A stretch of DNA of 64,000 nt from Ascidiella aspersa (Eukaryota), in NCBI GenBank assembly GCA_963924565.1, contig OZ004608.1:34472001-34536000 (forward strand), given 5' to 3'. Of this stretch, positions 1 to 10,900 are shown one piece after another (within the stretch, counting starts at the first letter, position 1; each line of letters begins with the position of its first letter). The translations under genes and the position numbers were made by a program. A model generated the notes under the pieces. The model saw only the letters and a program-made list of their open reading frames with translations, made no database searches and was not told where the DNA came from.

Positions 1-401
1 TGATTATATTCGTGTTTTGGAGCAGAATGGTTGGAGGTTTAGTTTATGAAGTTTAGATTAGAATATCTTAGCCTAGCCTACTATTTTTTAAACTTTTTTA
101 CGAAATCGCATATAAAGCGAATGGTGAATCATTTTTTGGGGGTTCAAGGTTCTTCATTTACCTAGTCTGCTGATTTATTTACATTTACTGCTAGACGTAT
201 ATTGTTATAACTCTCTAATGTAAATACCTGCGATAAGTTCTATTAATCTGAACCGCCGGCAAAAGGTAGGGACTTTCAAAGTGAAAGACTACATAGCGCC
301 ATGAGAACTTATGGTAAAATCATTGTTAACTGTTATAAAAGTTTTCTATTTTTTTTTTATTTTAAACAAAGCTTTTCAAATCAGCCCTTTTTACTTTTCA
401 G

Positions 402-505
402 AAACGCTTCCAAGAGATTAGCAACCGGAAAACCTTTGCGCCCTCAGTACAACCCTTACCCGCTGAGACCAGTCGTGCCTTCCAAGTCCAACAATAACAA
501 AATAG
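402..505 (+). CDS. Membrane-protein gene, internal exon (juxtamembrane ectodomain)
   Basis: ttacttttcag acceptor and G|gtgag donor; open frame. Confidence 0.7.
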
Positions 506-3500
506 GTGAGTTTTTTGGAGTAATGATAAAAAAAAATGTTCCAGTTTATTTTAAAAAATCCTTAAGGCGAGGGGCAGGTAGTTGCCGAAAATATCGTATC
601 ATAACCGATGCCCAATGTTCAAAAAATAAATTAAATCAATCAATTTAAATTAAATATTTTTTTAAAACGCTTTTTAACCCAAGTCATTTTGGTCAAATGA
701 TCTAGGTCAAGTTAAGTTATTTAAAAACAGTGAAGTTCACTTTAGTTAAGTCATGAACTTAAGCCATGCTAATATAGGCTACTTGCAGTCGTGCAATATG
801 CCGCTAATTAAGTCTTGTGTTTTTTACCTATGCTAAGCAAGACTTTCCGGCAACGGTTTTTCAACCTTTCAAATGTCTTATTTGATTTTCATGTTTAAAA
901 TCAAGATCGAAAAATTGCGTAGTTTGGGAAAGGGAAATGCTTCGGGCAATTTAAAGACAGCCACAAAAGCGGTAAACGCGTACAGCGGAGCTCCAATACG
1001 CAACTTAACGGGTTATTACTTTTTTGAAGTGATAAAGCTGGCAGACGACGAAAACGACGACCCTGAGTTGAATCTCTACCTGATCATTGGGGTGCCAGCC
1101 GGCGGTTTGCTGCTACTTGCGATTATCTGCATCATGATCAAAAAGTAAGCTCAACTCTTGCTTGAATAAATAAACGTGATTTTGTCTTAACTGATCGTGA
1201 ATCATATTTAAGTACGACCTTTGTAGTAAGCACACCTGCAGGCTAAATAAATAAACATACAACTAATAATGTATAGGCCTAGACCAAGGCTGGTGAGTCG
1301 GAGTCGGACTCGGGACTCGACGGAGTCGGTTTATTTAGCTGGAGTCGGAGTTCGGACTCGAGTAAGACCACGTAAGACTACCCGAGTCCCAAGTCCGACG
1401 TGGGCAGTACGAAATTTCGAAACTGATAATGCCGCGATCTGTAAATTGTAAAGGTGGAATAGAATATATGGTTGAATATATTTAACCATATATTGTGGGT
1501 GGATATATCATATGGCTAGCCTACCTTATAAGTAGATTGCTGTATATCTATATTAACTAACTTACGTAAATGGGAAAAATCAGACTGTAGAGTCGGACTC
1601 GATAAAATAGCACATTTGGCCTCGGATTATTTTTAACCGACTCCGCAGCCCTGGCCTACACTTGCAGTGGCGATACAATGGCCATTAAAAATGGAAAATA
1701 ATATAAAAGTTTTGTGTAGATTTGAAAACAGCCACCTTCACTTTAGGAAATCCTTTCTTCTAATGTTTGTTTTGCGTTTTTGGAGCTTGTAGGTGGGATC
1801 TTTTATAGTTCGACGTAGAATAAATATTTAAAACTGTATACAAAATAGGTGGCATTTTGTGGACTCTTAAAACACATGTTAAGGTAATGGCTGGGGGTTA
1901 TAGTTAGACGTGAAACGAATACAAAGCCCATACAGAACTATAAGCAGCGTTTTGTAAAGATTTCGAATAAATCGTAATATAATGGCTGGAGGTTGTAGTT
2001 AGACGTAAACGAATTTTAAATCCCAAAGATTTGTGTTGATTGTTTCAAATAACTTTTTATTTGTTTTTAATATCATTTCCCTTTTTTCAATGTTAAGCAA
2101 GCTGGGTTGTTTACTGCGCAGTTTGGGTGCCTTAAACACGAATCATGTCGATCTTTATCGAAAAATCTCAACATTTACTGAGCGGATGTAGCTCAAATGC
2201 CAAATTGCGATCACGGTTCGCGATAAAGAATTCAGGAACGCACCGAATACACATAAGGCACTGTTCAGTGACGTACAAAGTAACCACGCTAAACCTACCC
2301 TGGCAGGTGCAATAAGTTTATGACAAGGTAGCACATACATTAGCCGAACACGAACGATTTTTAAACATTAAATTACCTTGCACCAAGGCGGATTATGAAA
2401 CCGCTAAGTACTCTATAGCAGTGATTCCCGCACTGTTTTGCCCCTATATAGCATTTTCCAAACATAATTTGTCGTGTGTTGAGGGCGATTATAAAATTAC
2501 TCTATTGTTTTGGAGCATAATGGTTGGAGGTTGTAGTAAGACGTAATAAGAATGTCAAAGCCCATACAGAAGTAGGTATCATTTTGGACGTTTCGAATAA
2601 CTCTGTTGAAAATGAATAAAGAGTTATTCGAAACGTACAGAATGATACCTACTCTATTGTTGTTCTGTTAAAAGTTTGCCGTGAAATAGATAAGATTTTG
2701 TTTTGTGGACCGCGAGCCAAAAAGTTCGGGAACGACTGCTCTATAGAGACGAGTTCGTATCGAAAGGTCTTGGTCAAGATGATGTCGAGTTACTCGAACT
2801 TTTGGCTTTGCAATTGATTATATCAAACCTGCTAATTTCACAATGATTCTTTTTGTTAAGGTTTGTATGCGACGCAAGGAAAAAACACAAGTTTGTGGAC
2901 GCTAATCAAAACGCGACAACCCAATCTCCCCTACAGACATACGTAAGTGATTAAATGAGCCTGCATTGCTCAGTTGGTAGAGCGACGGTCCCCGGCTTGA
3001 CCGGAGGTCGTGAGTTCGAACCTCAGTGCAGGCCAGTTGTTTTTCTGGCTTGCTCTGCTTGCATCATAGATCGACAGATTCGGCGAGTCTGCGATGGCTT
3101 TTCGGTGTACTATTGATACGGAAGCCGTAATCGTTGGTCATAAAGCAACTTCCGAGGGGCTAGATCACAGATGTTATTAAACACATATGTTTGTGCGTGT
3201 CTTTCATTGATTGATACGGACTGATCCCCCAGTGTGAAGTTGCTTGTACTAACAAAATGTGCAAGTATTGGCGCATGGTTGTTTCTCGACTCGCTCCTCT
3301 CTGAGCCTGCATAGCTCAGTTGGTAGAGCGACAGTCCCGGCTTGACCGGAGGTCGTGAGTTCGAACCTCACTGCAGGCCAGTTGTTTTTCTAGCCTGCTC
3401 TGCTTGCATGATTGATTGACAGATTCGGCGAGTCTGCAATGGCTTTTCGGTGTACTATTGATACGGAAGCCGTAATCGTTGGTCATAAAGCAACTTCCGA

Positions 3501-4760
3501 GGGGCTAGATCACAGATGTTATTAAACACATATGTTTGTGTGTGTCTTTCATTAAGTGATTAAACTACTTCTTTTTTGGATATATTGATTAATTAGGGTT
3601 TTAGTTAGGCGTAGTAAGAAGGTCGAATCCCGCATGGAAGTATAGGGTTTACTTTTTTGGACGTTTCGAATTTATATTCATTCATTTTCAACATGCTAAG
3701 AAAGCACTGATTGACTATATATTTTGTTGGGAGATGGCGGACTACAAATTGATTCAAGTTAGAAGATAGCTCTTTTTGCTAGTTAGGTTACGGAGTGGGA
3801 AAGTAGAATATTCTGTGATTCTTAAATCGCTGGATTACAAATTCATAACAGTTTAAGAATCACTGCTATATCTTGCCATGGATTTGTTAAATGATTGCAA
3901 GTCATAATTTATTACTATTTCATATGGAGTTAGAAATAAAATTATTTTCTAGAATCACCCGATCCAGCGCTTGCACGACCTTAGAACAATAGCTCTCTTT
4001 TTGACGATTATGGCACGAAGTGGGAACGTAAAATATTCTGTGATTATTTGAATCACTGTAGAGCTTATCCTTAAAGGCACAACTTTATGCACAGTATCAG
4101 TGCGTATTCGTGGCTACTTTGCCTTGCCTTGTTTTTTTTAGTCAATGATTGCAAGTCGTTGATTACTATTTCATATGTAGTAAAAAATAATAATATTTTC
4201 AGAATCACCCGATCCAGCGCTTGCACGACCTCCCAGGCATGATGACGTCACAACCAGTTGCCCCCCAACTCATGCACCCCCAACAACGCCAACAGCAACA
4301 CCCCCAACAGCAGCAACACCAACACCCCCAACAGCAGCAGCAGATGCACTACGCAGGGGGAAACCTCCCTCACCCTCACCCGTCATCTCACAGCAGCGGT
4401 GACGCGCCCCCTCGACGCGCCAACAACGTCACTAAGAGCACGCTTGACGTCATCAACGATGACGTCATCACCAGCACGAACTGCGGGATGCAGGGCACTA
4501 TGATGCCGGTCAACGGCGGCTACATGTTCTACTCTCCCGGAGGGGGCGAATTGACGTCACAGGGTAAATTGATGACGTTGGGCAGGCAGGGCGAAGTGAC
4601 GTCACCGTTTGATGACGAAGGCTACGGTACGTCACGGACTCTGGGCAAGAGGACGAGGTCCGGGAAGAGCGCGAAGAGTAAGAAGAAGGTTCCGACCTTA
4701 AAGAGGAAGTTGAGCGAATGGGAGAAACAGCAGATCAGGAGAAATAGCAGGAAGATGTGA
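402..4760 (+). CDS. Partial (3' end) gene for an uncharacterised single-pass membrane protein; exons 402-505, 1030-1144, 2861-2942, 4203-4760
   Basis: Four AG/GT-bounded exons join in frame (intron phases 1,2,0): NASKRLATGKPLRPQYNPYPLRPVVPSKSNNNKI-VIKLADDENDDPELNLYLIIGVPAGGLLLLAIICIMIKK-FVCDARKKHKFVDANQNATTQSPLQTY-NHPIQRLHDLPG...RRNSRKM*. A hydrophobic TM segment is followed by a basic stop-transfer stretch. The 5' exons lie outside the window. Confidence 0.8.
1030..1144 (+). CDS. Membrane-protein gene, transmembrane exon
   Basis: tttttgaag acceptor and AA|gtaagc donor; encodes LYLIIGVPAGGLLLLAIICIMI. Confidence 0.8.
1285..1653. mobile_element. hAT-like MITE with subterminal GAGTCG/CGACTC repeats
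   Basis: Imperfect TIRs caaggctggtgagtcgg / ccgactccgcagccctg; 7/8 TSD gcctagac (1277-1284) / gcctacac (1654-1661); related fragments near 63105-63412. Confidence 0.7.
2419..2738. mobile_element. hAT-like MITE containing a nested foldback-family fragment
   Basis: TIRs cagtgattcccg / cgggaacgactg; exact 8-bp TSD ctctatag at 2411-2418 and 2739-2746. Confidence 0.75.
2861..2942 (+). CDS. Membrane-protein gene, cytoplasmic juxtamembrane exon
   Basis: ttttgttaag acceptor and TAC|gtaagt donor; phases match both neighbouring exons. Confidence 0.8.
2959..3035 (+). tRNA. tRNA-like sequence (SINE head/pseudo-tRNA), copy 1, non-canonical anticodon arm
   Basis: Acceptor stem GCCTGCA/TGCAGGC; A box (GCTCAGTTGGTAGAGC); B box (GAGTTCGAACC); anticodon stem CGGTC/GACCG with an 8-nt loop lacking U33. 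Confidence 0.55.
3305..3380 (+). tRNA. tRNA-like sequence (SINE head/pseudo-tRNA), copy 2
   Basis: GCCTGCA TA GCTC AGTTGGTA GAGC ... AGGTC GTGAG TTCGAAC CTCAC TGCAGGC; perfect acceptor, D and T stems; TTTTT just downstream. Confidence 0.6.
3760..4231 (+). repeat. Degenerate tandem duplication spanning the last intron/exon junction
   Basis: agaatcacccgatccagcgcttgcacgacct occurs at both 3951 and 4201, with homologous upstream intron sequence. Confidence 0.85.
4203..4760 (+). CDS. Membrane-protein gene, last exon (Q/H/P-rich cytoplasmic tail)
   Basis: attttcag acceptor at 4201-4202, in frame with ORF 4221..4760; GC-rich coding-like composition. Confidence 0.85.
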   Translation, partial: NHPIQRLHDLPGMMTSQPVAPQLMHPQQRQQQHPQQQQHQHPQQQQQMHYAGGNLPHPHPSSHSSGDAPPRRANNVTKSTLDVINDDVITSTNCGMQGTMMPVNGGYMFYSPGGGELTSQGKLMTLGRQGEVTSPFDDEGYGTSRTLGKRTRSGKSAKSKKKVPTLKRKLSEWEKQQIRRNSRKM

Positions 4761-7700
4761 TCCTAATCGTCTTCCTTTTTCTCCTCATTTTAAAGTATTC
4801 CTGCTCCTGCTATTTTTATTTTTGTGGCTGGACGTTGAGGCGATGATATCTTGCCGGAAAACGATGATATCTTTGCCAGAATTTGCTCCTGCCGTGCGAT
4901 TCGTGAAGACGAACGATCTTGGTTTGAATTGCAATTGAAACAAATCAGAGAAATCTGTTTTCTATTTTCGTTTTTCATAATCATCATGCCTTACTCAGCT
5001 TTTTGTTTTATTTTTATGCTAAGAAGATTATAGGCTGTCCATAGTTGTTTTTTCATTCATTGTTTGCCATTCGACAGTGCGTTTTTACATGGAAAGGGTA
5101 AGATCATTGTATTTAATAATAATAATCGAATGTTGAATAACTTTCTAAATACTTTGCTGAAAAAAACAATCTGATGATTTTAGGACAAAACAAACTTGGC
5201 TAACTTGTAACAGGCCAAAAGAATCAGTTGGAAAACAAATTTATTTTTTCCTCCACCACGTCATTTTCTCTTCCTGGTTTTGAATTTTTTGTTTTGGGGG
5301 TGGGGGTATATCTTACCAGAATACGAATCTGCAGCGCTTATTTGCTGATTAAATGGCTTATTGTGATCAGTTGGTGTTCCGATTATTTCAATTTACTTAC
5401 TAAAATATTGCCACCTAATTTTGTTTTAACGAAAGTTATAGATTTTTCTCCGTTTGATAACTGAAAATTGTTCTTCGGCTTTTTTGCTCATAAATGTCCA
5501 TATTTACAAAGTTGTAAATCACTCAAGAGCCGGTAAAATGACGTTATCCGAAGGTTTTATTTCATATTAAAATGTTCCTTTTAATGAAACAGGGTAAGTT
5601 TCCTTAAACACATGCCGCTTTTAAGAGTTAAATTTAATCTTTTTAAAAATAAAAAAAATGTTGCCAATTTTAAAAACATACGTGTTTTTTAGTAAGAATA
5701 AGTGCAATTGTTTGTTTGAACCGAATCTAAACCAGGGGGTAGATGATGTAATGAACTTTACGGTCTTTCGCAGCACCCTGCTAGCGTCAAATATTGCAAA
5801 ACGTTTCCATTTAGTCGGTTTGGTTTTAATGTTCAGAATAAAGTCATATCTACATATGACGAAATGTTTTTTTTCAATGAATTCAAGGAAATTTTTAGCT
5901 GAACAGCTGAATAGTAGCCTGAAACAAAATAGAACTTTAGTTCTGTTGGTGCAAGATAAGCTTTGATCTGCTGATATGAGTAAACTGCTGACTTTCCGTG
6001 CCGCTTTTCCTATATTTGTTATGTAAATTTGCACAATAAAAAAGAGCACTTTTCCGAGCCTCGACAAAGTCGTTTTGTTTCATTTTTTGGCCTGTAACGG
6101 ATACATTATAAATTTAGCTAGTTCAAAAGGCAGTTTAGTATAGCAGACTTCAACCAGTCAGCCTACTAATTTGAATGCAAGCAAGGTAAAACTATATAAC
6201 TTGCTCGGAGATTCAAACTCACGACCTAGTAAATGACGTTTGACAGGTTTTAGCCAGTACGACTTCATACGAGGTAAGACCACACACATTTTAACTAACA
6301 ATAAGAGCAGGGCGTATACAAGGGGGCCGCCTGGCCTCGACTTTATGGGATTTTTTTTAAATTATTTTTTTTAGTCTACCTTATTTCAAGCGGTAGAACG
6401 ATAACCCTTTTTACAAGTATAAATACAAATTTTTCATAATTCCCAACTGTTTTATCTAGCACACAACAGAATGGTCTTGCAACGCTCGTATTAATGTCAG
6501 CACTTTAGTAGACATGTTTTACCGCTAAGACTTAATTTTTACCGCTAAAGAATTTTTTACCGCTAAGACTTCGTCAGATGGTCTGATGTTAAATATCACA
6601 CGTTTACAGCAACACTTATGTTGAAAATTAAAACATTTGAGTCATTCGAAACGTTCAAAATGCTACCCACTTCTGTGTGGGTTTAATGTTCTTACTACAA
6701 CCTTCAACCATTATGCTCCAAAAAACAGCAACGCTGTTTTATCCAGATTCTAAAATACAATTCTCTGGATTTCTTTGGAAACTGAAATCAAAACCGCCGC
6801 GAGTTCGTTCACCAAGTCTCTCGGCTGTAAGTTTTAATCGGAAACTCGGAACCACGAAGATAAGGAAAAAGTGGGGGAGGGAATAACACAGGCCTTTGTG
6901 TGTTACGTCACAAAGGTAGCGAAGGAGCAGAAAGAAAAAAAAAGGCGACGATAGAAAAAAAAGAACGAAACAAAAAGATGGCGGCCGGCGACTAGAACAC
7001 CCGCGTCGAGTCGTTTTTTAGCCTAGTTTTCAAATCTTCACACTTATTTTGAGGCATTTGTCAAATAGGTACAACAACAACAACATTGACATAATAGCAA
7101 CCCCGCACTCACGCTCGCACGCAAACACGCACGTCGTTCTTACGTTGGGACGCAAAAATATGACGTTTGACGCCGTTTCAATGATCGCGGTGTCGCAAAT
7201 CGTGACGTCATTTCATGACGTATAGATTGAGGAAAGCGATATTTCATTGTTGGCGTGGTAGCGGGTCGACGCTAGTGGGCGTCGTTGTGGTTGGTTGAAA
7301 ATCAATGATTTGTCGACTTTTCCGCTCTTGGGTTGTTTTATTTAAAAATAAACTTGATTTTTATAAGTTTCTCACCAACTTAATTTTCTATTGAGCCCAG
7401 AAATTAAATAAAATTATTAAAATTTGGATGCAGCTATTTGCTGAGATTATAGTTACAATTTAGGAAAATCTAAAACTAGTATAATAATCGCGAAAAAATG
7501 TTTTCGCTTAGCATATTAAACATAATTTTTTTTTCAAATTAAAATATTTCCAAATTCCAATCCGATTAGTGAGAAGTTACGTATGATTCAGGCACATTTA
7601 TCGCAATTACGTCATCAATCTGTTCCAAACGACGTCATCTTTTCCTAAAAAATCAACTTTCGCGAAACACAATTCCCAACATTTAAAGCCGTAGACGGGG

Positions 7701-7952
7701 AATCACCATTATTTACGCCGTTAGCGTTTATTGCGTTCGGGATGACGTCATCGTATTGTTCCCGGTTTGGTGGTGACGTCATCGTCCAACAACATGCGAG
7801 GAGTTGCGTCATTTTTTCACGATGACAGCATCAGCTTCGACGCTCGTGCGACGACTTGTTAATGACGTCACTCCCGACTTGCTCGACGACGATCTATTGC
7901 GCTCAATGACGTCATCATTTTCTTTCGTGTTAAGATGGTAGACGTGACGTCA

Positions 7953-7979
7953 TCACTTTCGCAAATCAAGAACGCAAAC
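7953..7979 (-). CDS. TBL1XR1: TBL1 last coding exon (VCVLDLRK*)
   Basis: ccttcgccag acceptor; TGA at 7955-7953; candidate AATAAA on the minus strand near 7337-7342. Confidence 0.93.
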   Translation of the reverse strand, partial: VCVLDLRK

Positions 7980-10900
7980 CTGGCGAAGGTTACAAAGTGA
8001 AAATGTTAATGATCATGGCAGAAAGATTTTGGGACTCGATCCTTTGGTGAGGACTTGTTACGTCACAGAGACACCAGTGTTACGTTCCAGATGCAAAAAA
8101 AAAATCGGACAAAAACAGCACAATTTTTTTAGGGAGGGGGCACATAATAATGGTACGCTCCAAATAATTGCATGAATCGGTTTAAACTTAGAACCACAGG
8201 CGATGGATTTTTTTAGGAAATACTTGATCAAACTGCAGCAAAAATTATATTTTAGTTCAGCTTATAATTGAAACGATGTTAATTTAAACCGTAACACTAA
8301 GCTAGCTACTATAAACTTTCGAAACTTGTTTTAGAAAAAGAACAGATAGCCTATTTTCTTTCCCGTTTTGGCCATCGCTTCCAAACTTTTTTCCTAATTT
8401 TTTTTCTCACCGTGCCATCGGACGCACTTGCACCAACTTTGTTTCCGGCAGAATTCCAGCAAACCTCGAATATTCCGCCCGTTCCCTCGTAACTGTGAAC
8501 CAACTGACCCGTCTGCAACATTTACAAAAGCGGGGTTATACTGACGTCTAGCGGTGGAGACGGGTTACGGTTTCACGCCACTAGTAGGACGGACAACAGT
8601 GTTTTTTTAAAGCAACTAAAACATTGGATTGGACTTCCAGTTAAAAGAATAAAAATAACGGAAAGGTTCAATTAAAACAAAATCCTTGAGATCGTTAAAA
8701 CGCCAAAAAAAAACTGTGTAGAAATATTTAGATTAAAATTACATAATAATTAATATGTAGCAAAAAAAATTTAACACTAATTTTACTTTTTTGTCTGCTT
8801 CTGAATTAAAAAGCGATTTTTCTGCTTCTGAATTAAAATATGAAAAATCCTAAAAATGTTACTTCTGAAAACTATTTTTTAAACGTTTTCAGTTGGTCCA
8901 AACAATTCCACTCACATCTGTACAATAAGCTCTTAATCAAAAAAAGTTTTTATCCCCAAAAATAGGACTCATTTTTCATAAGTGAATAAGAACTAAAGAA
9001 TAACATGTATATAAAAATACAATACTTTGAATCTAAATCAAATATCTGCAATTATTTTTCTTGCAATTGAAAAAATCCTGTAGATATACAATTCTGAAAA
9101 CTACTTTTAAAAAATTTCAGTTCCTCCAAACAATACCAGTCCCACGTATGCAACGTTGCCACGCTTTTAATAAAAAAAACTTCCAAAATCATACATCCAC
9201 AAAGTTTCAGTAAATGATCGAGTCAAAACGTTTCAAAACTTAAATAATTTACCTGCGTGCTCCAAATGTGAACGCATTTGTCGAAGGACCCACTTGCCAG
9301 TAGTCTACCATCTGGACTGAAGGCGACAGAGTAAACTGGCTCGTGGTGCTTTGTTAGAGTGTGAAGGCAAGCTCCCTTCTCCAACTCCCAAAGTCGAACC
9401 GTCGAATCGAACGAAGCGCTGAATGCGACAGAAAGGATTATTATACGTTCGTTTGAGACTAGTTTTTTTTAAATACGTGTTTAGTGATTTTAAACTTTAA
9501 ATTCGTGTATTTACTGTTTTTCGGCTTTCGTGATGCTTCCTACATTTTTGGCTTCAATCTCAGTAAACAGTTCAACAAAAAAGCTCTTTGGTTAGTATTT
9601 GAAATTATTTTTTAGAGAAATGTGTGGTAACCCTATAGAAATACTCGGGATTCTTTACCAAGACAGTCAACATAGTTGTTAAGTTGAAACACTAGGTTGT
9701 CAAAAGTTTGCGAAAACGAACAAGTTCTTAAAAATGCACTGACAAATATATGTGGCGACGATGTAAAAAGCATGAGCAAACATAACATCGGGTATTTATA
9801 GATAGAAAAAAACGCTCTTCTGGTGTACAACAAGAAACGTCGGTCTATAACTTGGTTTACACCAGAGAGCGACTTTCCATCTATTGGTATAGTGTACCTT
9901 ATGGAACTAATTCTATCGGGTATTCATGTTGAAATAAACTAGAAAAAAACGAGATATGTCCCGAAAATAAATTTTCGGCCCATATAATTAGTAGCCAGTA
10001 TATGGTTGCTAAAAATGTTCTAAGTGATTGAAAGTGACCATTTTAGCATAATGTTACCTTGCCAGCATGAGGTTGCTGTTTGGGTTGTTTGAGCCAGGAC
10101 CGGCCGGACTCCACTTTATCGTGTATATCTCCTTGTTATGAGCTCGCAAATCGTGGACGAAAGTGTCGTGTTTCATCGACCAAACCTGGAACAATATAGC
10201 AGGTTCTTTTTACTTTGAATTCAATTTGAAAACAAAAATGTGCCGAATTAAAAAAGTGTTTTCTGCCAGGTCTGAAGGATTAGCGTTTGTTGAGTGTAAG
10301 AATATTGCTTTATGTGAATTTGCATTTTCTTACTGGTCTTAGTTTGAAAATGTTGCTATAAGTTACAGACCTAAAACGAAAAAGTAGTAAAAGATTTGTC
10401 ACATTTTCAACACTTTATAGTCGTATTACAACGAAAAAAATTGTTATTCCCAATTTTTGTGTTTATTCATTATAATATCGCTTCGTCGCTTCATTGCATT
10501 CTAGTCTTTCAAACGAGAAAAGAAATGTCGAACAAAGGTAAGGGGGGAATCACCTACCTTTAGCGTCATGTCGTCTGAGCAGGAAGCCAGTAAAGAACCC
10601 GAAGGATCCCACTTAATTGCGTTCACCTCGTTCTGGTAATATGAAAAGTTAAGGGTTCAAGGTAAAATTTGTTACAGTTTAATGTTGAGAAAATATGGAA
10701 ACATTTTAGAAATATATCCATAAAAAAATATGGAGGTTTATGTAAAACCATTCTTAAATTTGTAAAAAATATACCAAAACAAAAAAAAAAGTTTACAATT
10801 GTATAAAATCCAACTTAAACTTTTAATTTCCTATAGCCAGCCAACAGTGTAAAATTATATTTAGAAATAGATGCAAAACAAAAAACTACAAATGTTCCCT

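Larger units (their letters stand above)
2956..3552 (+). mobile_element. tRNA-headed dimeric/direct-terminal-repeat insertion (SINE-dimer or TRIM-like) with 12-bp TSD
   Basis: Near-identical repeats 2956-3206 and 3302-3551 with a 95-bp spacer; flanked by taagtgattaaa at 2944-2955 and 3553-3564. Confidence 0.8.

Noticed and set aside
2959-3380. Functional tRNA genes (Gln-TTG or Ala-GGC reading)
   Set aside because: The anticodon arm region is 2-3 nt too long, the loop lacks U33 (and purine-37 in the GGC reading) and differs between copies, and both copies sit inside a TSD-flanked insertion. Treated as tRNA-like only.
5621-6067. 148-aa and 102-aa ORFs
   Set aside because: AT-rich, F/K/L-biased translations with no motif or splice support, probably 3'UTR/intergenic sequence.
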